Positions 1-11,500 of a stretch of DNA of 64,000 bases are shown one piece after another. Within the stretch, counting starts at the first letter, position 1, and the number at the start of each line of letters is the position of its first letter. This DNA comes from Macrostomum lignano (lineage: Eukaryota). The translations under genes were made by a program, and so were the position numbers. Under the pieces are notes generated by a model, which did no database searches, was not told the DNA's origin, and was given only the letters and a program-made list of their open reading frames with translations. Where the stretch lies: positions 1 through 64,000 of the forward strand of contig NIVC01002526.1 of the NCBI GenBank assembly GCA_002269645.1, written 5' to 3'.

Positions 1-879
1 TAGACTTTTTTACTTTTAAAAACTTGAATAAATTTATTTTATAGCTTTATTGCTTTCAAATGCCAAAAACGAATTTTCATAAAACTTGCCCCCGATTTTT
101 GGATTTCCCCATATTCTTTTTTTATCAAGGTACAGAATATTGAAAAAAAGCTAGGCCTATTTTTAATTTAGCCTTTAGGTGATAAATATATAGGCCTACA
201 TTGATTTACACAAACTTCATAAGATCATTTTGAATAGAATATGCAAACTTCAATATTTGTTGCCACTTCTGCCTGCATTACTTAGTCTTAGATTGGAATA
301 TATTATAAGCAGGTTTACATATCTACAGACTAGACTAGCTACAGTACAGTGACAATACAAGGTCATTTGTGAAAAGATAGTCATAATGGTTGCTTTAAAA
401 GCTATATAAGCTTATAAACTATATAGTATATAATCTACTATAATCTATACTATATAATCTATATAGCTATACAATGGGAAAAGCTATAATCTTTCATAAT
501 TGACTTCTTTGCAGCAGATACAACTTAGTTTTCGTATAGGCTAGATAGGCCTAATCGTAGCTTCGAATTAATATAACATATATAATAAGCCATCAAAGAA
601 TAGACAATTATCACTGCTCACCGTATCGATAATTTCGCCATAGTCGATGCAGCAATGTGTAATCAACGTGTAGCAATTAAGTTTCACCAGAAAAACGGTG
701 CGAATAATGCAGTCAGGCTCAAGAATGTTTTGTCTGAAAATGCGAAAATTGGAATTGCGCTTTTACTTACTCATAATTTAGTAATACATTAAAACAAATT
801 ATACAGGTATCGAGACTATCTAGTTCGTCACAACAAAATTCAAGTATTAAAACTATACAATGCTATTTAAAAAGTTAAG

Positions 880-2215
880 GCTGAGCGCCGCCACGCCGTC
901 AACTACCTCGCCATCACGCCGCTGACTCTGCGGTACGATAATCGCGGCTCCTCGTCGATCTGCGACCTGCGTGTGCGCGATCGCCCTACCTCCACCGAAG
1001 CGACTATCGCAGCGCTACTACTGTGCGCTCAATGACATCCAGGCGCGTCGCCATTTCGCTAGTGCTTTCGCCAGAGCTCTAGGTAGAGTTGCGGCGCACA
1101 AAGGGCGCACACGGAGGCACACGGAGCACACGGAGGCACTTTACCTCCGAGCACGGAGCCGCGGTGGAGAAAGTAGTCTTGCTGATGCGACCGGCCCAAC
1201 GTAGGCAGCCAGGCTGGCAAGAAGACCCTGTGATTCGGCAAGCGAGGGCAGAGCGCTCCGTCTGGGCAGGCGTCCAACTCGGAGGGAAGCTCTGGGCGGC
1301 TGTCTAAACCTATTCTATAGCTGCAGCGGCAACAGGCCGCTGTTAATGACGCCATCCAGGCCGTCACCGTAGCTAGAAACGACGCTAAAGCGCGCGCGGC
1401 CTTGTCTGCCATCAACGCTCTGACGGGGCGGAAGCGGCGCATTCCGCTCAATCTGGCTGGCGACACTGCCGATGGGAGCAGAAACGATCAGCTGTGCGAG
1501 TTCTTCACCGCCATCGTCAACACAACGCGCCTCCGCCCCCGATGTGAGGCTGCCGCCGGGGACGCCGCTGCTGGCAGAGGAGAACTTCAATGTAGTCCCT
1601 GACTTTGTGATGCTTGGGCGGCAAAGCTGCAGGTCCGGACGAGGTTCCCATTATTGATGCGCTGCGACTCCACTGTATGCCAGCGAGGTCGCCAGTATAT
1701 GATGAACCGCGTGCTTTTCGATGAGGTGGCGCCAACGAATGGCCCACGGCGCACATCGTCGCTATTCCATAGAAGCCGGGCACCACACGGCTTGAGGAGC
1801 ACCGAGGTATCTGCGGCCTGTCGTCCTTGCGCTATGAGTAGCTGTTCAACCGGATTCATTTACGCTAGTATATCGCGGTTGCAGCACGTGCTGGATCCGT
1901 ATTTGAGGGAGGCCTGAGCAGCGCGGGTTCCGGCCCTAGTGCGACACAGTGGCGCAGATCCTGGCTCTTCGCCGAGTCATCGAGAAAGCGCGAACCGCCA
2001 GTCGAGCTTGATTGATCTCTTTATTGACTTCAGGAAGGCTTTTTAATTGAGCTCGGTCGTGAGGGCCGTGCTCCAATGGTGCTTCGTGCGTACAACGTGC
2101 CTGTGAAGCTGATTTCCGCCGTCATGTCGCAGTATCATGGCACGTGCGCTGCTGTGCTGACACTGGACGGCCTGTCGGATTCCTTTGAGACATCCTCTTG
2201 GGTGCCATTAGTTGC
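880..2215 (+). mobile_element. Decayed non-LTR retrotransposon fragment (RTE-like), copy 1, truncated at both ends
   Basis: Frameshifted peptides align by eye to copy 2 (PPKRLSQRYYCALN..RHFASAFARAL vs PPKKQPKRYFRTLR..RFCLAFAEAL; INALTGRKRRIPLNLAGDT vs NQLIGCKRRNALNLAGDT). RT motif LFIDFRKAF at ~2018-2044 is followed by LRAYNVPVKLISAVM. The fragment stops before YADD. Confidence 0.8.
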
Positions 2216-2244
2216 AGTCTATTTAAAGTTATTGTATTGTAGTA

Positions 2245-4720
2245 TAGCGTTTAAATAGCGCGGCCTCCTGGTACCGCCGCCAAGCATGCTAGCGGTGCGT
2301 TCCAAGACCTCAACGGAGAGTCGCGCTTCTGTTCCAGCTGACAAGAGCGGCACACCATCCACATAAAGAACGGCGCCGTGAGCGAAATCGCCATGGTCGA
2401 CTTGGCGGACGCGAGGGGACGCGAGCGACGGGCCGCAAAGACAGGCCCCTCCCCACTTGTTGGTGCGGATCCGCTGGATGGCGCCACGGACCATGAGGTT
2501 CAAAATCACAGGACCCCAGCCGAACCAAAATGCGCACAACAACAGCTCAGAATTGCTACATGGAACTGCTGAACTCTGCGACCAAAATGGAGACACATCT
2601 TAGGGGACCTACAACTTAACATAATTATGCAGGAGCTCTCCATCACGGCCGAGCCTGGGCTACACCAGGAGCACTTAGGCGGCGGCTGGCTCCTGCAATA
2701 CACATCAGCAGACTCGAAAGGACGGGAGGAATTGGCGTTCTAACAGGGCCAAAGCTTCAGCAAAGTACACGTTTTGAAAGCCTGTAAGAGCTATTGCGCG
2801 TCGATACGGAGGCGTAACATGCGGCTCTTCTGTGCCTATGCGCCCACGGCTGCGCACCCAGTTGAGCACCGGCAGTTTCTGGAGTTCCTGTCAGCACAGC
2901 TGGATAAGACCGCTCAACATGACACTTTACTGGGACTCGGAGACCTCAACGCCGTTATGCGAAGGTCGAGCGCGCCCGCTTTGAAACGCCACGCGAAAAC
3001 AACAATACTAATGCCCTAGTGGCTTTCATGGACCGCCACGATCTGTTCGCTGTTCAGGAAGCCGCTTCACAGATTGGAAACGTTTGCTGGATGTAAACGG
3101 CGACGTCGGAAAGCGTGTGGAAAATTGGTTAAAAAGCGACTCGCACAGCTTGACCACGTGCTTCTTCGCAAGCGAGAACGACGACAAGTGACAAACTGCG
3201 ACGCGGTGGCTCCGCTGGCAGTGCGGTCAGACCACAGGCTGCTCTCCTACGACCTGCGCCTGAGGGACCCGTTATATCGACCACCGAAAAAACAGCCAAA
3301 GCGCTACTTCCGCACCCTACGCTACACGGTTTCAAGTGGCCGCTTCTGCCTGGCCTTTGCCGAGGCGCTGGAAGGACGATCAGACACAACAACCCCAGCC
3401 GAGTACCTGAACATCAGTGCCGCCATCCAAGCCGCCGCTACCAAAACTCTGCCGGTGGTGATCGAAGCCAGTAGAAAAGAGTCGGCCAGTGTGGCAGGAC
3501 GACGAAGTGCTGCGGCAGGCCCGGCTGACAGTGAAGAGACTGCAGAGGAGCGGTCAGCCTGTGGAGAAGGAAGAGGAGACTCTGATGGAGACATTTAAAG
3601 CCCGGCAAAGCGCCGCGTAGAGACCGCTATTCAGGAGTTTACAGACGTCGGTCCCGACAAGAAATCGTGTGCCGTCTGGTCGGTCGTCAATCAGCTGATA
3701 GGCTGCAAGAGACGCAACGCTCTGAACTTGGCGGGTGACACGCCCGAAGAGAGGTGAAACGAGCTGCGGACCTTCTTCTCTGGTATCGTCAACGCACCTC
3801 CGCCGCCGCAAAGGGATGACATGTCATTGCCCACGGAGACTGCGATGCCAGAGAGCTCCTTTAACACCAGCCCCATCACCATCGCGGCACAGCGCCGCAT
3901 TTTGGAGAGGCCCGCATCTACCAGTCGACCATCATCTGCATCTTCGTGGACTTCCTGAAGGCCTTTGACTTGGTGTCGAGGCGGGTCATCACGAACATCC
4001 TGCGCGCGTACGAGTATCACGTACCTGAGCAGCTGGTGACGGCTGTGATGGCCCTGTACCAGAAGACTAGGGTGGCAGTTGTAACGCCTTTCTGAGTTTT
4101 TCGAAACGTCCTCCGGCGTTCTTTAAGGACACCTTGGCTCCATTTCTGTTCGTCCTGCTCCTGGACTGGGTACTGCGCACTGGCCTCTCTGACGACTCCA
4201 ACGGATTTTTGCTCTGTCTCAGAACAAGCAGGCGACACCCCGAGAAGCGACTCTCCGTCCTTGCGTACGCGGATGACCTAGCGCTGCTAGGCAGTCATAC
4301 GAGCGTATAAACCGTCCTCCTTTACAATGCTAAAATGTGCCCACTGACCGGCCCGCAAAAGCGGCAACTCTACACCGCTCACGTTGGACTTCTACGAGCC
4401 GCTCTCGGTGTCCACTACTCGCCGACCGCCACCACCAACACCAGCAATGATGAGCTAACCGTCGGGCCCAGCTCTCCCGACCTAGCCAGCTGCTGCGCAT
4501 CCGGCGCCTACAGCTGACTGGCCACGTCATCCGAGCAGAGAAGTACTGCCCTGAACCACTGCAGGATGTGCTGCTGCTATCCCTTCAAGGGCCGTTGTGG
4601 CTTGGTCAGGGTCAGGCGAGAAGTCTGCGTTTTGTCGACCTGCTTTTAAGAGACGCTGAGACTTTTGATCTGAGCCCCATTCTAGTCGAAAAAACGATTT
4701 CGAGAGCCATGCAGTGAGCC
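2245..4720 (+). mobile_element. Decayed non-LTR retrotransposon (APE endonuclease + reverse transcriptase, RTE-like), copy 2
   Basis: APE motifs LRIATWNC (~2547), LGDLNA (~2935), QLDHVL and RSDHRLL (~3145-3245). RT motifs IFVDFLKAFDLVSR (~3940-3980) and LAYADDLALL (~4260-4290). Many stops and frameshifts, so non-functional. Clade assignment is from the compact APE+RT layout only. Confidence 0.88.
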
Positions 4721-5305
4721 AGTTCACACGGGTTGGTTGCGTCGGATTATAGCTTAATCCCCTGATTAGCTGATTTCCACCTTCCAAATTCTCCACGAAA
4801 ATTGTGCCCGAAAAATATACCGATGTTGTTGTGCGATTCACACCCTTAAAAGCCAACCTCGAAGGCCCAGTGAAGTGTACATGCCTATCGATAAATACAG
4901 ATAGGGCCGCTGTACACTCCTGTGTGTGTGCCTGTGTGTATGACTGCGTATGTATCGCGCACTATAGTGAACCTGCTTAGGGGAATAGGTGGAATGGGCA
5001 GTAATGCCTCTCGCCGGTTGTGTGACAATGTCGCCTAAAGTGCACCAGAGTCCCCACAGCCCCCCTGCCACTACAAAAACATGCCTGATGATTAGAAATC
5101 CTGGGTCGCTATACACTCTGTGTGAGCGTTTGTATGAGTGCATTTTCGCACTTGTATGTTGCTCATGAGTCAGCAGGATTGTCTCAGATCAGCGCTAGTT
5201 GGGGACGATGTCACCGAAGGTGTTGCACCAGGGTGCCCATAAGCCTCCAACAAGAGATTCTGTTTCTACTTTAATAATTATTATAATGCCATATCAACGT
5301 TTCCA

Positions 5306-5982
5306 TTTAATTTAAATTTATTTGCATCTACATGTAGATCAGCTACTCCGAACGTGATGATGATGAATTTCACGTCAACAAATAATTTAAATTTATTTGC
5401 ATCTACATGTAGATCAGCTACTCCGAACGTGGTGATGATGAATTTCACGTCAACAAATAATTTAAATTTATTTGCATCTACATGTAGATCAGCTACTCTG
5501 AACGTGATGATGATGAATTTCACGTCAACAAAAATTTAAATTTATTTGCATCTACATGTAGATCAGCTACTCCGAACGTGATGATGATGAATTTCACGTC
5601 AACAAATAATTTAAATTTATTTGCATCTACATGTAGATCAGCTACTCTGAACGTGATGATGATGAATTTCACGTCAACAAAAAATTTAAATTTATTTGCA
5701 TCTACATGTAGATCAGCTACTCCGAACGTGATGATGATGAATTTCACGTCAACAAATAATTTAAATTTATTTGCATCTACATGTAGATCAGCTACTCTGA
5801 ACGTGATGATGATGAATTTCACGTCAACAAAAAATTTAAATTTATTTGCATCTACATGTAGATCAGCTACTCCGAACTTGATGATGATGAATTTCACGTC
5901 AACAAATAATTTAAATTTATTTGCATCTACATGTAGATCAGCTACTCCGAACGTGATGATGAAGAATTTCACGTCAACAAAA
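5306..5982. repeat. 75-bp tandem array, about 9 copies, palindrome-rich unit
   Basis: AGCTACT recurs at 5341, 5416, 5491 ... 5941 (period 75). Confidence 0.97.
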
Positions 5983-8511
5983 TACTAGAACAGTTGCAAG
6001 ACAAATGGAGGCAATTTTGAGCTTGAAATACAGACATCATAATGTATCTGATACCTATGCGCATTAACTCGGTGTTAGCTACAAATAAAGCAACTAATAA
6101 AGCGAACTTCTATTTAGTGAGTCTAGAACTCAGCAATATGGTTATGGAATCAGGCAAAACACAAGGGATATGGCAGATAATTATAAAAACATTGCTATCA
6201 GTGCATTACAATGTTGACGCGTGGTTTTAATAAGGATCCAACATGCAGACATCGTGCTGATTAGCATTGGGCGTAGCTGAAATTCACGCGTTAAGTAAGC
6301 CAGCAAAACTGCCTATCAGACAAGTGGTTCACTAAAATACAATTTTTATTAGTGCGTATTAATTTTCAATAACTATATTTTAAAGCGGTAGTTTATGAAA
6401 GTTAACTGCATAATTAACCATAGATAATATAATTATGAATCTTGAATAAGCAATTATATTGGCGTGATCAGGCAGCATACGAGCTACAGGTGCGATGGCA
6501 TTTCATAAATTGACAAAAAGACTACAATGGAACATATTTCTACGATATTCATAATTCGTCTAGAATATTATGCACAATATTAACATCCATTATTTCTATA
6601 ACGGAACTTGTTAGAATTCAGAAAACAGCTAGCTACGGCACCCGGCATTGGGGTGAGAGATCGACATTCATGAGGTGGGTTTGCTGAAATTTGACAAAAC
6701 TATATGAGGCATCAAGGTTTGAATGGATGCTTTTATTTTGAAAATATCAACTTCCTATTTTTAGCCGGATTGAATAGATAGTTTTCATAATTTACTAAGA
6801 ATTGGAAAAGTTTCAGAGCAAGATATATAGCTACACAAAGCACTGTAAAGTTTATAAGTTTGTCTCAGTTTTACACAGTAATTAAAGTCCAATAAGACAA
6901 AATATAAAAAATATACTGTAGATCACTATATGACAACGAACATATTATAATTTTGAGAAAGCGGGTCAAAAATGTGAACGAAACGAAATGCACGTGAGAC
7001 AGTGATAATCTCGGTACGTGATACAGCTAAATGCATATAATGAGCCATCTACATGTATATTGATAAAGCGATGTGGCATTGAGCCCGACACCCCACACCA
7101 AATTCACTGCAACAACGTCAGCGTTCAATCAGTAGATATCAGAACAACTGTGACCACTAGGGAACACTTACGCGTAGTTACCAAAAAGTAGACATTTAGT
7201 AATTACGCTCGTATATCACTGTCTGGACCGCGATGAGCGAAATTCAACATAAAAATAGCAAATGAAATTCCTATGCAGCTTATAAAAACTTATTTTACAA
7301 TTTCTAAGCCAATTTGAGAGCATAAAGCGCACGGAGAGAATCGCCTAATTAAACTGTGGAATGAAAGCTAAAAAACGGGATTATAGAATCATTAAAAAAT
7401 TGTTTAAATTTTGTATTTAATTACGACAACTAGTTTTAACAAACAGAAAACTAATATTTTTGCAGACTTTAAACAGTCAATCAGCCTTTCCGACAATAAA
7501 TGGTAAAAGAGTTGAAGTCGGTTCTGCACCTCCAGAGAGCAAGACAAAAGGAACTGTGTAAGTAAACATAAAATTTTGAACAAACCTAAACGACAAAAAT
7601 ATAATTATAGTTTTGTCAATGCAGTGGCAATTTGAAAATGAACTATGAAAACGCAAAAAGCCTATATAGACTGATTTGACTCGATCAGGTGTCAAATTGA
7701 ATTTGTATCAGGATGTATCCAAAACAATTAATTTTTAAGATAGAAAAAATTCAATAACAGCTTATCAAAGCTAACTATGCTTATCGCGGCCCTCACGTGC
7801 ATCACATAAAACCGTAAAGCGAACGGATAAAAAAATAATCATAGCCACATCAATAACTCGAAAAATTTGCGTATGAGAAACAGCTAAATATGGCTAAAAA
7901 TGGGAAATTTTCTTAAAAATACATACTATAGTAGATAAGCTTTTTAAAGCTATTAAAAACATCTAAAATGAAATTTATCAAATTTATTTAGAACAGAAAT
8001 CTGGTGTCACAATTTAGCAATGTATTGGCGTGAAAGACGACAGTGCAAAATCCAATCAATGTTCCGGCAAATCCCGCGTTTGCAGCTACGAGCGCACGAC
8101 GACTACTAGTAGTAGCCAATTTCCAAAATAATTGCCCCGCTTTGAACGAGTAGCTTTCATACTAATGTAACACAATCTCTAAAAGTAAAAACATTTTTAC
8201 TTGCAGTAGAACTTTAGCAGGCATCTTAGTTGTACCTGACATGCTTGCCAATGAGCTCTACAATCGTGTTAAAAATCGCATAACATTTCGGTAGTTTAAC
8301 CAGCAGTAAAAGGAACTCAAACAATAATTTAGGCTTTGCCGCTTCGTAAGAGTTCCTGTTTAATGAATTTTATGAGATTTGCTCAGGTACTTGGAGCACA
8401 CTACTAATAAAAATGTTTTAATGACGATTAAGCATGAATGGAAGGGGAGTAAGACGGATCTAATCGAAGTGCGAGCAGTGAAATAACAACAAACCCGCCA
8501 CTATCAATCCA

Positions 8512-11500
8512 TCATTCCACTGACGGATCCTTCTTAGTCTCGGCAGCCTCAGCAGCCTCCGCAGCTTCCTCCCGGTCGTCTCTAGCGAAGCTAAACTGCG
8601 AGCCCTGTTGGTCACCGGCTTCTGGCGCAGCTAGGTTCGGCGTCACATCGCCGGACGTCTCCTCCACCGTGGCCAAGCTGCTGACGAAGCCCAGACTGTC
8701 GGCGCTGCCAACGTGGCTCACGCTGGAGCCGCCGGTCGAGACGCTGCAGCTCGCGACGTCCGACGATGTAGAAGAAGCGCCTGACGTTGGAGCCGCTTGT
8801 GCTGCGGCAGCGGCCGGTTCTGCAGTGGATTCTGGGGGCTGCAACGGCTCTTGGTGTTGAGCCTGCGCCTGCGTCTGCGGCTGCTGTTGTTGCAGGCCAA
8901 CTCCAGGCAGTTGCATTGTCAGCTGTTTTGGTGAGGATGATTAGGATCAATGCAGTATGCAGTAGTGAGATAAACGAAGCGGTATTTTGCATTCGACCCA
9001 CATTTCATGTTTTTTCATGGATTCATGTTTTTTGTCTGGGTCGTAAGCGATTCGCGCTAATGAGGGAGTTAACCCTAAAATTCCAGAAGCCAATCCCAAG
9101 CGTTGCACCTGGGAAAGATGCACGTAAATTAGATTTACAGCAATGTGTAAATGCATGTAGAAAGTTTATTCAGATCATACGTTCGTATTTACCTGCTGCA
9201 CAGATTGCAGATGGCTGTGTAGCCGCTGTTTGAGCTCTTCAAGCTCACCGGGCGAGCAGCGGCTCAGATCACCAGTCGAATGCTCAGCGATGCTTGAGAT
9301 GTCGCGCAGCTGGGCTCGAACAGCTTCCAGCTGCTGTTGGGCCTCGTCCCGCTCTTTCTGGGCACGCTGCATCGCGTCCCGCATTCGCTTGGCCTCGTCG
9401 CGAGCCCTGTCAATCTCGTGCTGGAATTGCAGCCGTTCCAAATCCATGCCGGGATTGGCGAACGGACTGTTGGACATCAGGATGGGACTCTGCGCGTACG
9501 TTGACGAGGCCGCCGATGAACGGTCGCCGCCGCTGTTAACTCGGCCGCGAGTGACGGCGCCCGACTGAAGGTCGAGAGTGGGAGTATAGAAGAATTTCAG
9601 GGGACGCAGACGGGAATAGCAATGGACTTTAAGCTGGACTTGTTAGCTGGCTTAGCACTTGTTTTTTTGCGGTTTTCTCCCAGCCGGAGTCAGCTCCGGT
9701 GTGGAACTCAAGCCCTAAGTTGATTGGCTGGTTGGAGCCAACTATACAGGGGTGAAGGCGAGAAGCGGACTGAGAAACAGTGGTCTGGTGAATGAGCTGA
9801 TCAGGCTCGGATTCTAGGCCTGCGCTGATCGATGGATGGGACAGTTCTCATTAGACCTTCATAACAAGCATGCCTCTCAGCAGGGGATTGAGCACCGGAA
9901 CCCTTTCGCTTAGTTACTGGCGGATCAACCGTACGCCGCGCGGCTGTACTTGGTGCTAGCCTAGTAACAGTCAGAGACCGTCAGCTAACTTCGTATAGCT
10001 CGGATATCCGATATGGGTCAGGTCGAATGATCAAAGCCACACCAAAATCTAAAGAAAGGCCCGGCTACAGAGGGGGCAACAGCTACAGAGGGGATGCCAG
10101 CTACAGAGAGGATGCCAGCTACAGAGAGGATGCCAGCTACAGAGAGGATGCCAGCTACAGAGAGGATGCCAGCTACAGAGGGGATGCCAGCTACAGAGAG
10201 GATGCCAGCTACAGAGAGGATGCCAGCTACAGAGAGGATGCCAGCTACAGAGAGGATGCCAGCTACAGAGAGGATGCCAGCTACAGAGAGGATGCCAGCT
10301 ACAGAGAGGATGCCAGCTACAGAGGGGATGCCAGCTACAGAAAGGATGCCAGCTACAGAGGGGATGCCAGCTACAGAGGGGGCAACAGCTACAGAGGGGA
10401 TGCCAGCTACAGAGGGGGCAACAGCTACAGAGGGGATGCCAGCTACAGAGAGGATGCCAGCTACAGAGAGGATGCCAGCTACAGAGGGGATGCCAGCTAC
10501 AGAAAGAATGCCAGCTACAGAGGGGATGCCAGCTACAGAGGGGGCAACAGCTACAGAGAGGATGCCAGCTACAGAGAGGATGCCAGCTACAGAAAGGATG
10601 CCAGCTACAGAGAGGATGCCAGCTACAGAGAGGATGCCAGCTACAGAGGGGATGCCAGCTACAGAGGGGATGCAAGCTACAGAGAGGATGCCAGCTACAG
10701 AGAGGATGCCAGCTACAGAGAAGATGCCAGCTACAGAGGGGAAGCCAGCTACAGAGGAGATGCAAGCTACAGAGGGGAAGCCAGCTACAGAGGAGATGCA
10801 AGCTACAGAGGGGATGCCGGCTACAGAGGGGATGCCAGCTACAGAGGGGATGCCAGCTACAGAGGAGATGCCAGCTACAGAGAGGATGCCAGCTACAGAG
10901 AGGATGCCAGCTACAGAGGGGGCGCCAGCTACAGAGGGGATGCCAGCTACAGAGGGGATGCCAGCTACAGAGGGAATGCCAGCTACAGAGGGGATGCCAG
11001 CTACAGAGAGGATGCCAGCTACAGAGAGGATGCCAGCTACAGAGAGGATGCCAGCTACAGAGGGGATGCCAGCTACAGAGAGGATGCCAGCTACAGAGAG
11101 GATGCCAGCTACAGAGAGGATGCCAGCTACAGAGAGGATGCCAGCTACAGAGAGGATGCCAGCTACAGAAAGGATGCCAGCTACAGAGAGGATGCCAGCT
11201 ACAGAGGGGATGCCAGCTACAGAAAGGATGCCAGCTACAGAGAGGATGCCAGCTACAGAGGGGGCAACAGCTACAGAGGGGATGCCAGCTACAGAGAGGA
11301 TGCCAGCTACAGAGAGGATGCCAGCTACAGAGGAGATGCAAGCTACAGAAAGGATGCCAGCTACAGAGGGGATGCCAGCTACAGAAGGGGTGCCAGCTAC
11401 AGAGGGGATGCCAGCTACAGAGGGGGCAACAGCTACAGAGAGAATGACAGCTACAGAGGGGATGCCAGCTACAGAGAGGATGCCAGCTACAGAGGGGGCA

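Noticed and set aside
5078-5105. Hammerhead-like CTGATGA..GAAA
   Set aside because: Only 3 nt lie between CTGATGA and GAAA, so there is no stem II.
5281-5988. ORFs on both strands over the 75-bp array; CRISPR-like look
   Set aside because: The units are directly adjacent with no unique spacers, no cas genes are present, and the context is eukaryotic. The ORFs follow from the period being a multiple of 3.
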